A stretch of DNA of 64,000 nucleotides from Myxococcota bacterium (GTDB lineage Bacteria > Myxococcota_A > Polyangia > Polyangiales > JANWZI01): assembly GCA_025054695.1 (NCBI GenBank), contig JANWZI010000006.1:996-64995 (forward strand), in the 5' to 3' direction. Positions 41,037 through 48,872 of the stretch are shown one piece after another. Position 1 is the first letter of the stretch, and every line of letters begins with the position of its first letter. The translations under genes were made by a program, and so were the position numbers. A model generated the notes under the pieces. It searched no databases and was not told where the DNA came from. It saw only the letters and a list, made by a program, of their open reading frames with translations.

Positions 41037-41948
41037 CTAGCCGAACAGGCCGATGGGGACGCACACGCCGTTTTCGTAGCGCGCGGTGCCGCCCGGCAGC
41101 CGGAAGCTGCGGACGCAGACGTACCCGTCGCTACTTCTGCAATCCTCGTCGACGGCGCACTCCCGCAAACAGACGCCGAGGTCGCCCTCGGCGAACGTCC
41201 CGTTCACGAAGCAGACGTTGCCTTCCGGGCAGCTGGCGCGAGGTAGCCGCTCGCCCGCGAACAACGTGTTCGTGTTGTATCCGGCCGGCAGGATGCAGGG
41301 CCCGACGCAATAGCCGCCGAGCCACCGCGGGGCCATCGCGCGCTGTTCGATGCAGAGCTGAGACAAGCAATCCGCATCACCTCGGCACGGCTCTCCGTGA
41401 CGGCCGCCCTCGGTGGGAACCGTTCCGGCGGCCATGCAGCGGCCGCTCCAGACGTTGCACTGCGCTCCCCCACCACATTCGTCGTCCGATGCGCACACCC
41501 CGATGCAAAAACCCGAGCCCGCGGCGACCTCGTCGACGCCCGCGCACGTGTACCCGCGGCGGCCGCAGTCGAGGCCGTTCAGGCAGCGGTACTCGCAAAA
41601 GTCGCCTTCGGGGCGCCGCAGGCAGTGATGATAGGTGATGCCATCGTCGCAGGGAGTCCGATCCGGTGCCGCGCACGGTACGGTGCACTGTCCCTGCGGG
41701 TAGCCGTCCTGCGGCTTGCGGCAGAACGCGCCCTCGCCGGGACACTGCGAATCGTCGAGGCACGGGCCGAAAATCGTGCTCGGCGGCAGCCCCGCATCGT
41801 GGCCCGCGTCGACGCCGGCATCGGTGGCGCCGACGTCATGGCCGGCGTCCTCGAAGCGACGGCCCGCGTCGCGCCCCTTGCACGACGTGGTGGCCAGAAC
41901 GGAACCCCACAGCACGAGGGTGGCCAGCCGGCGGTCGGGTGTGCGCAT
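41037..41948 (-). CDS. cysteine-rich repeat lipoprotein
   Basis: ORF track. Lipobox LATTSC/KG. Many paired Cys residues in repeated modules (DDSQCPGEGAFC, ASDDECGGGAQC, RGDADCLSQLC, AVDEDCRSSDGYVCV). Confidence 0.7.
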   Translation of the reverse strand: MRTPDRRLATLVLWGSVLATTSCKGRDAGRRFEDAGHDVGATDAGVDAGHDAGLPPSTIFGPCLDDSQCPGEGAFCRKPQDGYPQGQCTVPCAAPDRTPCDDGITYHHCLRRPEGDFCEYRCLNGLDCGRRGYTCAGVDEVAAGSGFCIGVCASDDECGGGAQCNVWSGRCMAAGTVPTEGGRHGEPCRGDADCLSQLCIEQRAMAPRWLGGYCVGPCILPAGYNTNTLFAGERLPRASCPEGNVCFVNGTFAEGDLGVCLRECAVDEDCRSSDGYVCVRSFRLPGGTARYENGVCVPIGLFG

Positions 41949-41967
41949 GGGATGCCCATCATCTCAC

Positions 41968-42170
41968 ACCGACCGTCGGCTTGCTCGCCTGCCGCTCGAG
42001 CTCCGGATCGGCCCCGGACCCGGTCTCAGCCCAAGACGCTGGCACCGTCTTCCTCTCCGTCTCGGTCTCGGTCTCGGACTCGGACTCGGGATCGGGTCCG
42101 ACGTCGGTCTCGGGCACGGAGTCGGGAAACTGCCAGGCGACATCGACCAAAACGACAGCCGCCGTCGGTC
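41968..42170. repeat. probable copy of the same element family, E11 (in a divergent promoter region)
   Basis: Tract GTCTCGGTCTCGGTCTCGGACTCGGACTCGGGATCGGGTCCGACGTCGGTCTCGGG (about 42058-42113). Right arm-like CATCGACCAAAACGACAGCCGCCGTCGGTC. The left arm is weak. Confidence 0.55.
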
Positions 42171-42244
42171 GCCGTCGCGCGCACGCGTCGCGTGCCGGGA
42201 ACGAGGCGCGTCGATCGCGCGATGAAACGTGCGTGCGCCCGACC

Positions 42245-42928
42245 ATGCTGCTCTGCGCGATCGCCGATCTGGTCGCCCCGCGCCGCTGCTGCGCCTGCGA
42301 CGCCGTGCTCCCGGCCGGCTCGTCGACCTGGTGCGCCGCCTGCGAGACGGCGTGCGAGCCGGCCCCCCCGTCGGCGCTTCCTCCGGCCCCGCACGCGGCC
42401 GTGTTCCAGTACGGCGGCGCGATGGCGATTGCGCTTCGCCGCTACAAGTACGCAGGTCGCTCCGAGCTGGCCCGGCCCCTGGGGAACCTGCTCGCCGCGG
42501 CCGCACCCGCGTACGGCGACCTCGTCGATGCCGTGGTGCCCGTCCCCCCGCATCCGTCGCGGCTGCGCGAGCGCGGATTCGACCCGGTGGCGCTGCTTTC
42601 GGCTCCGCTCGCGCGCGCCCTCGGCGTGCCGCACCGACTCGAGGCGCTCCGACGCGTTCGACCGACCCCTCCGCAGGCCGGGCTCGATGCGCGGGCGCGC
42701 GCGGCCAACGTGCGAGGGGCGTTCGTCGCTGCGTCGAAGCGACCGTTGCCCCGGGCGGTGCTGCTCGTCGACGACGTGCGGACGACGGGGGCGACCCTCG
42801 CGGAGTGCACGCGCGTGCTGCGCGACGCGGGCGTCGGATCCGTCTATTCCGTCACGCTCGCGATGGCCACGGGCGATTCCGACGACGACGCGCGGGACGC
42901 GTTCGCGGGGAACGCGGCGTCGTGGTAG
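42245..42928 (+). CDS. comF: ComF-family phosphoribosyltransferase-domain protein
   Basis: Inner ATG of ORF 41666..42928. N-terminal CxxC..CxxC (RRCCACDAVL...WCAACE) and PRTase motif VLLVDDVRTTGATL. Confidence 0.8.
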   Translation: MLLCAIADLVAPRRCCACDAVLPAGSSTWCAACETACEPAPPSALPPAPHAAVFQYGGAMAIALRRYKYAGRSELARPLGNLLAAAAPAYGDLVDAVVPVPPHPSRLRERGFDPVALLSAPLARALGVPHRLEALRRVRPTPPQAGLDARARAANVRGAFVAASKRPLPRAVLLVDDVRTTGATLAECTRVLRDAGVGSVYSVTLAMATGDSDDDARDAFAGNAASW

Positions 42929-42940
42929 GGGCTTGGCGAC

Positions 42941-43402
42941 GTGTCCAGTCGTGCCGAGACGCTCGTGTGCAGCAATCGGAAGCTGCAGGCGCGCCTCGAC
43001 GTCGAGGAACGTCTCGAGGCGGGGCTCGTGCTCACGGGTAGCGAGGTCAAGGCGCTTCGCGCGGGCCGCGCGAGTCTCGAGGGCGCGTTCGTGCGGGTCG
43101 ACGGCGCCGACCTGTGGTTGCACGGCATGCACGTCGGTCCCTTCGAGCACGCCGGCGCCTTCGCCCACGAGCCGCGTCGCGTCCGCAAGCTGCTCGTCAA
43201 GCACCGCCAACGCGAGTGGCTGCGCGGCCGGCTGAGCGGCGGCGGCATGGTGCTTGTGCCGCTGCGGCTCTACTTCCGCGGTCCGTGGGCGAAGGTCGAG
43301 CTCGCGCTCGGCCGGGTTCGCAAGCAGGCGGACCGACGCGAGCAGATCCGCGCCGAGCTCGATCGACGGGAGGCGCGCGCCGTGGTGGCCCGGCGACGAT
43401 GA
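42941..43402 (+). CDS. smpB: SsrA-binding protein SmpB
   Basis: ORF track. Motifs are AGLVLTGSEVKALR, GMHVGPFEH, RVRKLLVKHRQ and KVELALGRVRKQADRRE. Confidence 0.92.
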   Translation: MSSRAETLVCSNRKLQARLDVEERLEAGLVLTGSEVKALRAGRASLEGAFVRVDGADLWLHGMHVGPFEHAGAFAHEPRRVRKLLVKHRQREWLRGRLSGGGMVLVPLRLYFRGPWAKVELALGRVRKQADRREQIRAELDRREARAVVARRR

Positions 43403-43674
43403 GCCTCGTCGCGCGGCGCCCCGATGGCTCGTGCGTGTGGCTCGTCGAGCTGGCGGGCAAGGAGGTTCGGTTGCGCGCCGAGGATCCCCTCCCGCCGGGG
43501 CGGCCGTTGGACCTGGTTTTCGAGCTCCCCGATGGGGCGGCACCGCTCTCGATCAAGGTTTCCACGTGCCGCAGGCTCGGCGAGAAAGAGTACGAAGTGC
43601 GCGCGCGGCTGCTCGATCTGTCGCTCGCGCAGGGTCGGCGCCTCGCGCGATGGCTCGAGACGCAACGCGGCTGA
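43399..43674 (+). CDS. small hypothetical protein (PilZ-like beta-barrel suspected; canonical c-di-GMP motifs not seen)
   Basis: Inner ATG of ORF 43114..43674, overlapping the smpB stop (ATGA at 43399-43402). A 91-aa protein, MSLVARRPDGSCVWLVELAGKEVRLRAEDPLPPGRPLDLVFELPDG.... The stop TGA 43672-43674 lies in the E12 arm. Confidence 0.5.
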   Translation: MSLVARRPDGSCVWLVELAGKEVRLRAEDPLPPGRPLDLVFELPDGAAPLSIKVSTCRRLGEKEYEVRARLLDLSLAQGRRLARWLETQRG

Positions 43675-43975
43675 CGGTGGCGCGTCGACCGCGAGGCTGC
43701 TCGGCGCTGTGGCATCTCGGACGCGAATGGAGGTCCGGGTTGGACTCGGTTCCCGAGACCGAGACCGAGACAGAGTTCGAGTCCGAGTCCGAGACAGAGA
43801 CAGAGACCAAGGCCGAGATGGAGACCGAGCCCGCATCCGACTCCGAGACCGAGTCCGAAACCGAGCCCGAGCCCGACTCGGGGCCCGAGTTCGAATCCGA
43901 GACAGAGGCCGAGTCCGCGTTTCAGTCGGAACCGGAATCCGCGGCCGAGTGGGTGCAGGCCGCGCCGTCAGGAGG
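43669..43975. repeat. hexamer-tract inverted-repeat intergenic element, copy E12
   Basis: Convergent gap. The left arm GGCTGACGGTGGCGCGTCGACCGCGAGGCTGCTCGG holds the TGA at 43672-43674. GAGNCS tract at about 43750-43925. The right arm GCCGAGTGGGTGCAGGCCGCGCCGTCAGGAG holds the EVE stop (43968-43970). Confidence 0.88.
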
Positions 43976-44483
43976 GCGGACGCGTACGCGCGCCACGAGC
44001 GACCGACGCAGGCAGTCCGCCCAGGCGAAGCACGCGGGTGAAGTGGGTGCGCTCGACGGGCTGCACCGATAGCCGGGCACCGGCCGGCTGCGCGACGAGC
44101 ATCGCCCGGAGAAGAGGATCGGCGCGGATCGCGGCGAGCGTGACGGGATGGGGCAGGGCGGCGATGGGCTCGACGTCGACGGACCACCACCGTGGCTGCT
44201 CGGGGCTGCCACGCGGATCAAACCATGGGCTCGAGCAATCGAACTGCGTCGGATCGGGGTAGGGCTCCGAGACGACGCGCCCGATGCCGACGACCGCGGG
44301 CACGGGGCACGAGGAGTGATAGAAGAGAAACGGATCGCCGGGCGACATCGAACGGAGGTGATTGCGCGCGGTGTAGTTGCGTACACCGTCCCAGCGCGCG
44401 CGGCCGTCGCGCTCGAGCGCCTCGTACGCGTAGACGTCGGGCTCGCTCTTCAGAAGCCAGTGGCGCCGTGCGCGCCGGGTCAC
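43968..44483 (-). CDS. EVE (PUA-like, DUF55) domain protein
   Basis: ORF track. Motifs are [38 protein letters not shown] and [15 protein letters not shown]. The stop lies in the E12 arm. Confidence 0.8.
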   Translation of the reverse strand: MTRRARRHWLLKSEPDVYAYEALERDGRARWDGVRNYTARNHLRSMSPGDPFLFYHSSCPVPAVVGIGRVVSEPYPDPTQFDCSSPWFDPRGSPEQPRWWSVDVEPIAALPHPVTLAAIRADPLLRAMLVAQPAGARLSVQPVERTHFTRVLRLGGLPASVARGARTRPPS

Positions 44484-45343
44484 GACGGCGACGCCCCGAG
44501 GGTCCAGGCGCGCCAGATCGCCTCGAGCGCGGGCGCGGCCCGAGCACGCAGCCGTTCGGAGACGTAGGCGGATACGGCCGTGGGCTCGGGATTGATCTCG
44601 ATGGCCGGGCGGCCCGCGGCGCGCGCTGCGACCACCGGTGCCGCAATGTACGGGAACAGACTCGAGGTGCCGATGGAAAAGACGACGTCGAAGCCGCGCG
44701 CGAGCTCACGTTCGAGGCGCTCGACGGCGGCGGGGGGCAGCATCTCCCCGAAAAGCACCACCTCCGGCCGGACGAGCGCGCCGCAGCGCGCGCAGTACGG
44801 GGGGATTTGCAGATGCGCGTAGCTCGGTACCCGGCTCTTCTCGGGACAACGCGTGCACCGAAGCGCGTAGACGTTGCCGTGAATCTCGATGACGTGGCGG
44901 CTTCCGGCCGCCCGGTGCAGCCCGTCGACGTTCTGCGTGAGCACCCAGGTCCGCTCGATGCGCTCACCGATCGCCGCGATCACTTCGTGACCCCGGTTGG
45001 GACGCGCGCCCCGACACGCACTCTCGATGCGTGCGATGTGCTTCCAGCACACCTCGGGCCGCCGACCGAGCATCCAGCCCGACAGCGCCTCTTCGATCGG
45101 GACGCCGTCCTCGGTGTCGGCTTCCTCGTACAGACCCCCGCTGCCGCGATACGTGGGCAAGCCCGAATCGGCCGATAGACCGGCCCCGGTGACGAACAGC
45201 ACCGACCGCGCCTCGTCCAGATGCCGCGCGATTCGCTCGATGCTGCCCGCGGTGGCCGGATCGCGCAGCAACGCATCCACGACCCGGTCCTCGGTTCCGT
45301 CGTGTGCGTGTGTTTCTCCGTCCACGGGTTGGGTGCCGCTCAT
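44480..45343 (-). CDS. cobB: NAD-dependent protein deacylase (Sir2/CobB family)
   Basis: ORF track. Motifs are [27 protein letters not shown] and catalytic His EIHGN. The Zn ribbon is CTRC...CARCG. It has a 4-nt overlap with the EVE gene. Confidence 0.88.
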   Translation of the reverse strand: MSGTQPVDGETHAHDGTEDRVVDALLRDPATAGSIERIARHLDEARSVLFVTGAGLSADSGLPTYRGSGGLYEEADTEDGVPIEEALSGWMLGRRPEVCWKHIARIESACRGARPNRGHEVIAAIGERIERTWVLTQNVDGLHRAAGSRHVIEIHGNVYALRCTRCPEKSRVPSYAHLQIPPYCARCGALVRPEVVLFGEMLPPAAVERLERELARGFDVVFSIGTSSLFPYIAAPVVAARAAGRPAIEINPEPTAVSAYVSERLRARAAPALEAIWRAWTLGASPS

Positions 45344-45394
45344 CGCCGCTGAGCGAGTCTACAGTGCCTCGGCGCCGTGGACCCGCGTCCGGCG

Positions 45395-45690
45395 CCCAGG
45401 CCGTGGCGATCGGTTCGGTTCCGCGTGCCGCGTGGGTCGTTCGAGTCCGTGCTCGAGTCGGGCTCCGAGCCTGGACCCGTGCCCGAGCTCGAGCCCGAGC
45501 CCGCGTCCGAGTCCGAGGCCTAGCCCGAGACCGAGACCGTGCCCGAGTCTGAGCTCGAGCCCGCGCCCGCGTCCGAGCCCGAGTCCGGGGCCGAGCCCGA
45601 TCCAGAGTTGCGCCGCGGCGTCGTCCTGCGGCGGACCCGACGCAAGCGTGACGGGCGTCGTTGCGGGGACCCGTTCGTCGCCTTCAGACT
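45395..45690. repeat. hexamer-tract inverted-repeat intergenic element, copy E13 (in a divergent promoter region)
   Basis: Left CCAGGCCGTGGCGATCGGTTCGGTTCCGCGTGCCGCGTGGGTCGTTCGAGTCC. GAGNCS tract at about 45440-45600. Right arms CGCAAGCGTGACGGGCGTCGTTGCGG and CCGTTCGTCGCCTTCAGAC, ending about 10 nt before the ATG at 45698. Confidence 0.75.
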
Positions 45691-45697
45691 CGAGCCG

Positions 45698-46714
45698 ATG
45701 CGCGGCAGCACGTGCAGTTGGATCCTCGTCCTGGCGGCCGTGGGGTGTGGAGACGGCACCACGCCCAACGATCCGCCGCGGTTCGAGGTCGTGCTCGAAG
45801 ATCTTCCGGGTGCCCTCATCTCGGTGTGGGGCCGATCCGCGACGGAGGTCTGGACGGTCGGCGGGGACGAAGGCGGCGGACGCGGCCCGATCGTGCTGCG
45901 CTACGACGGGAGCATATGGCGACGCGTGTCGACCGGGCTCGACGGCGGAGAGCTGTGGTGGGTGCACGGCACGAGCGACGGCGCGGTCTACGTGGGAGGC
46001 ACCGGCGGTGTGATTCTCCGCTGGCGGGACGGGCGATTCGAGCGCATGCCGACGCCGGGCACCGACACGGTGTTCGGCATCTGGGCCGCGGCGCCCGACG
46101 ACGTGTGGGCGGTGGGCGGCACGGGAACGTCCGGTGCGTTCGCGTGGCGCTTCGACGGGCTGTCCTGGCGCTCGGTGGCGCTGCCCGACGAAGTGACCGA
46201 CGCCTCGCTCTTCAAGGTCTGGGGCCGCGGTCGTGATGACGTGTGGTTGTGCGGGAGCCGCGGTCTGCTGTTGCACTGGAACGGCGAGCGCTTCGAGCGC
46301 GTCGCGTCCGGCACCACGCGCACGCTGTTCACGGTGCACGCACGCGACGACCAAATCGCCGTCGTGGGCGGGGCAGGCGAGGGAGTCGTGCTCGAGTGGC
46401 GCGAGGGTGGCTGGCAGGACGCGACGCCACGCGGCGCCGTCATGACGATGGGAGTCTGGCTCGACGCCGCGGATGGGGGATGGGCCGTTGGCCTCAACGG
46501 CGCGATGCTGCGCCGCGAGAGGGGGCGCTGGGTGACCTTCGATTCCGGGATCGGCGTGCTCGGCGGACTGCACGCGGTCTGGGTTGATCCCGATGGGGGC
46601 ATCTGGGCCGTCGGAGGACAGGTGCTCGCGCGCCCGCTGGTCGACGGCACGCTGTTGCATGCCGGCGCGCCGGTGTCGCGATCCATCGTCGACGAGGGAG
46701 CCCTTGCACCCTGA
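45698..46714 (+). CDS. beta-propeller-repeat lipoprotein
   Basis: Inner ATG of ORF 45539..46714 gives MRGSTCSWILVLAAVGC/GDG (lipobox). Repeated blades (VWTVGG, VYVGGTGG, VWAVGGTG, IAVVGGAG, GWAVGLNG, IWAVGG). The stop TGA 46712-46714 lies in the E14 arm. Confidence 0.75.
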   Translation: MRGSTCSWILVLAAVGCGDGTTPNDPPRFEVVLEDLPGALISVWGRSATEVWTVGGDEGGGRGPIVLRYDGSIWRRVSTGLDGGELWWVHGTSDGAVYVGGTGGVILRWRDGRFERMPTPGTDTVFGIWAAAPDDVWAVGGTGTSGAFAWRFDGLSWRSVALPDEVTDASLFKVWGRGRDDVWLCGSRGLLLHWNGERFERVASGTTRTLFTVHARDDQIAVVGGAGEGVVLEWREGGWQDATPRGAVMTMGVWLDAADGGWAVGLNGAMLRRERGRWVTFDSGIGVLGGLHAVWVDPDGGIWAVGGQVLARPLVDGTLLHAGAPVSRSIVDEGALAP

Positions 46715-46985
46715 CGGCGCCGCGCGCACTCGTCGTCGTCGGTCGTCGACTCCGCGTACGCCTCGGAGTCGGGTTCCGTCTCGGACTCGGGTTCCGTCTC
46801 GGTCTCGGTCTCGGGCTCAGACTCGGTCTCCGACTCGGCCTCGGACCCGGGATCGGGCTCAGTCCTGGTCTCGAGCTCGGTCTCGGTCTCCGAATCGGAC
46901 ACGGACTCGGACTCGGCCGCGGTTTCGGTGTCGGCCTCGGATCCGACGCGGGCCGATCCATCCGTTCGTCGCCTTGGAGTGGACT
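46709..46985. repeat. hexamer-tract inverted-repeat intergenic element, copy E14
   Basis: The left arm CCCTGACGGCGCCGCGCGCACTCGTCG holds the TGA at 46712-46714. Module-like CGCGTACGCCTCGG. SGNCTC tract at about 46770-46945. The right end TCCGTTCGTCGCCTTGGAGTGGAC shares CCGTTCGTCGCCTT with E13. Confidence 0.85.
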
Positions 46986-47061
46986 TGTCCGTGCGGTGAG
47001 CCTCGGGCCGGCAGGCAGCGGTCGTCCCGCATCCGCGTTGCGCGTATCGGGGCCCGGCCTC

Positions 47062-47814
47062 ATGACTGCGCCGAAGGAAGGCTGCGTGGACCTCGTCGAG
47101 TCGTCGCAGCTCGGATCACGGCGGCACCCGTGGGAGCTCGCGCGCTGCGACTTCTTCGTTTGGCTGCTGCGTCGGCACCGACTGCTCGTACCGGGCGTCG
47201 TCGCCTACGACATCGGGGCGGGTGACGGCTGGCTCGCCGATCAGCTGCGTGCGCGCTTTCCCGGAGCACTCATCCGGTGCATCGACTCCGGCTACGGGGA
47301 CGGCGCGCCGCCGGCCGCGGGCCCGGACGCGTTGTCGAGCCTGCCACCGACGCCGGCCGATGTCGTGCTGCTGCTCGACGTGCTCGAGCACGTCGACGAC
47401 GACGTCGAATTCCTTCGTGAGATCCGATTGCGTTCGCTGCGGCCCGGCGGGGCGGTGCTCGTGTCCGTTCCCGCGTGGCCTTCGCTGTGGTCCGGGCACG
47501 ACGAGGCGCTCGGTCACCGTCGCCGCTACACGACGGCGTCGGTCCTCGCGCTGTTGCGCGCGGCCGGGCTGCACGTGGTCGAGCACGGAGGCCTGTTCGC
47601 CACGCTGCTCCCCGCGCGCGCGGCGCTGGCCGCGCTGGAGCGCGTCGGTGTGCGCCGCGCTTCCCTGCATTCGCGCTGGGAGGCAGGAGCCCTGACGACC
47701 GCCCTCGTGCGTGGCGTGCTGCGGCTGGACGCCCGCATGGGCGAGGCCGCCGCGCGCCTGCGTCTGCCATGGACGGGTCTGTCCCGGTGGGCGGTGTGCC
47801 GGAGCCTGTCGTGA
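47062..47814 (+). CDS. class I SAM-dependent methyltransferase
   Basis: ORF 46996..47814; Met 47062 is preferred and GTG 46996 is the alternative. Motif I AYDIGAGDGWL, then VVLLLDVLEHVDDD. Confidence 0.8.
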   Translation: MTAPKEGCVDLVESSQLGSRRHPWELARCDFFVWLLRRHRLLVPGVVAYDIGAGDGWLADQLRARFPGALIRCIDSGYGDGAPPAAGPDALSSLPPTPADVVLLLDVLEHVDDDVEFLREIRLRSLRPGGAVLVSVPAWPSLWSGHDEALGHRRRYTTASVLALLRAAGLHVVEHGGLFATLLPARAALAALERVGVRRASLHSRWEAGALTTALVRGVLRLDARMGEAAARLRLPWTGLSRWAVCRSLS

Positions 47815-48587
47815 GCGCACTGGCGACGCCGACGGCCGTCGTCGTGATTCCCTGTTACAACGAGGCCGGTCGGCTCGACCGCGAGCAGCTCGAGGCGCTG
47901 TTGCGCGAGCCCGCCGTCGGCCTCGTCCTCGTCGACGACGGCAGTCGCGACGGGACGGCGGATGGCTTGCGCGCGATTGCCGCCGCGCATCCGGGGCGCG
48001 TCGACGTCGTGACCTTCGAGCGCAATCGGGGCAAGGCCGAGGCGGTTCGCGCGGGCATGCGGCTCGCGCTCGATCGCGGCGCGCGCTGGGTCGGCTATCT
48101 GGACGCGGATTTCGCCACGCCGGCGGCCGAGATGTTGCGGTTGCTCGACGTGATCCGGACGACGGGCAAGGGGTGCGTCCTCGCCTCGCGCGTCGCGCGT
48201 CTGGGCGCTCGCGTCGAACGACGCGCATCCCGGCACCTGCTGGGACGCGTCTTTGCGACGCTCGCCTCGCTCGCCCTCGATCTGACGGTCTACGACACGC
48301 AGTGCGGCGCGAAGTGGTTCGCCAGCGGGCCGGAGCTCGAGGCGGCCCTCGCGCGACCCTTCAGGGCGCGCTGGGTGTTCGACGTCGAACTGCTCGGACG
48401 GCTGCTCGGTCGCATCGACGACGGTCCGGCGCTCCGCGTCGACGACGTACTCGAGGTGCCGACTGAGGCCTGGCGCGACGTGCGCGGCAGCAAGCTGCGT
48501 CTCGGGGCGATGGCGCGCAGCCTCGTCGATCTGGCAGACGTGGCGCGGCGTCGATTCGCGCGAACGCGTCAGCAGCGGAACGGTTGA
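47811..48587 (+). CDS. family 2 glycosyltransferase (polyprenyl-phosphate glycosyltransferase-like)
   Basis: ORF 47475..48587 trimmed to GTG 47811, which overlaps the upstream TGA (GTGA); ATG 47769 is the alternative. Motifs are VVVIPCYNE, VDDGSRDGT, YLDADF and YDTQCGAK. Confidence 0.82.
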   Translation: MSALATPTAVVVIPCYNEAGRLDREQLEALLREPAVGLVLVDDGSRDGTADGLRAIAAAHPGRVDVVTFERNRGKAEAVRAGMRLALDRGARWVGYLDADFATPAAEMLRLLDVIRTTGKGCVLASRVARLGARVERRASRHLLGRVFATLASLALDLTVYDTQCGAKWFASGPELEAALARPFRARWVFDVELLGRLLGRIDDGPALRVDDVLEVPTEAWRDVRGSKLRLGAMARSLVDLADVARRRFARTRQQRNG

Positions 48588-48760
48588 GTCCATGGCCTGC
48601 TCCTCCGCACCTGGCGAGCGCGGATTTCGATCGGTGCTCGGCGGCGTGGGTCGATCGAGTTTGTGGAATCGAGCCTGGCCTCGGACTCCGCGTCCGGCGT
48701 ATCCGCGCCAGCGCACTCGATGCCGAAGTGATGCGCCGTCGCCACGGCCTTCGTCAGACA
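48583..48760. repeat. degenerate, nearly tract-less relative of the same family, E20
   Basis: GGTTGAGTCC at the GT2 stop, a mini-tract CCTCGGACTCCGCGTCCGG, and the right arm-like GTCGCCACGGCCTTCGTCAGAC (compare E9/E13 GCCGCCTTCAGAC). Weak. Confidence 0.3.
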
Positions 48761-48872
48761 AGTCTCGTGCACGGAGGGCATCGCCGCGCCCTTGCCGCCG
48801 TCGGACGCGCTGACTATGGTGCCCAATGCGTGATCCTCTGCGTGGGTCGCGCCTTGCGAGGCGGAGCGAGCC

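Noticed and set aside
44480-45343. The Sir2-domain gene considered as part of an anti-phage system (Thoeris/DSR/SIR2-HerA-like)
   Set aside because: It has the size, Zn-ribbon cysteines and motif set of an ordinary CobB-type deacylase. There are no fused sensor domains (TIR, SLOG, helicase) and no partner defence genes, and the neighbourhood is housekeeping.
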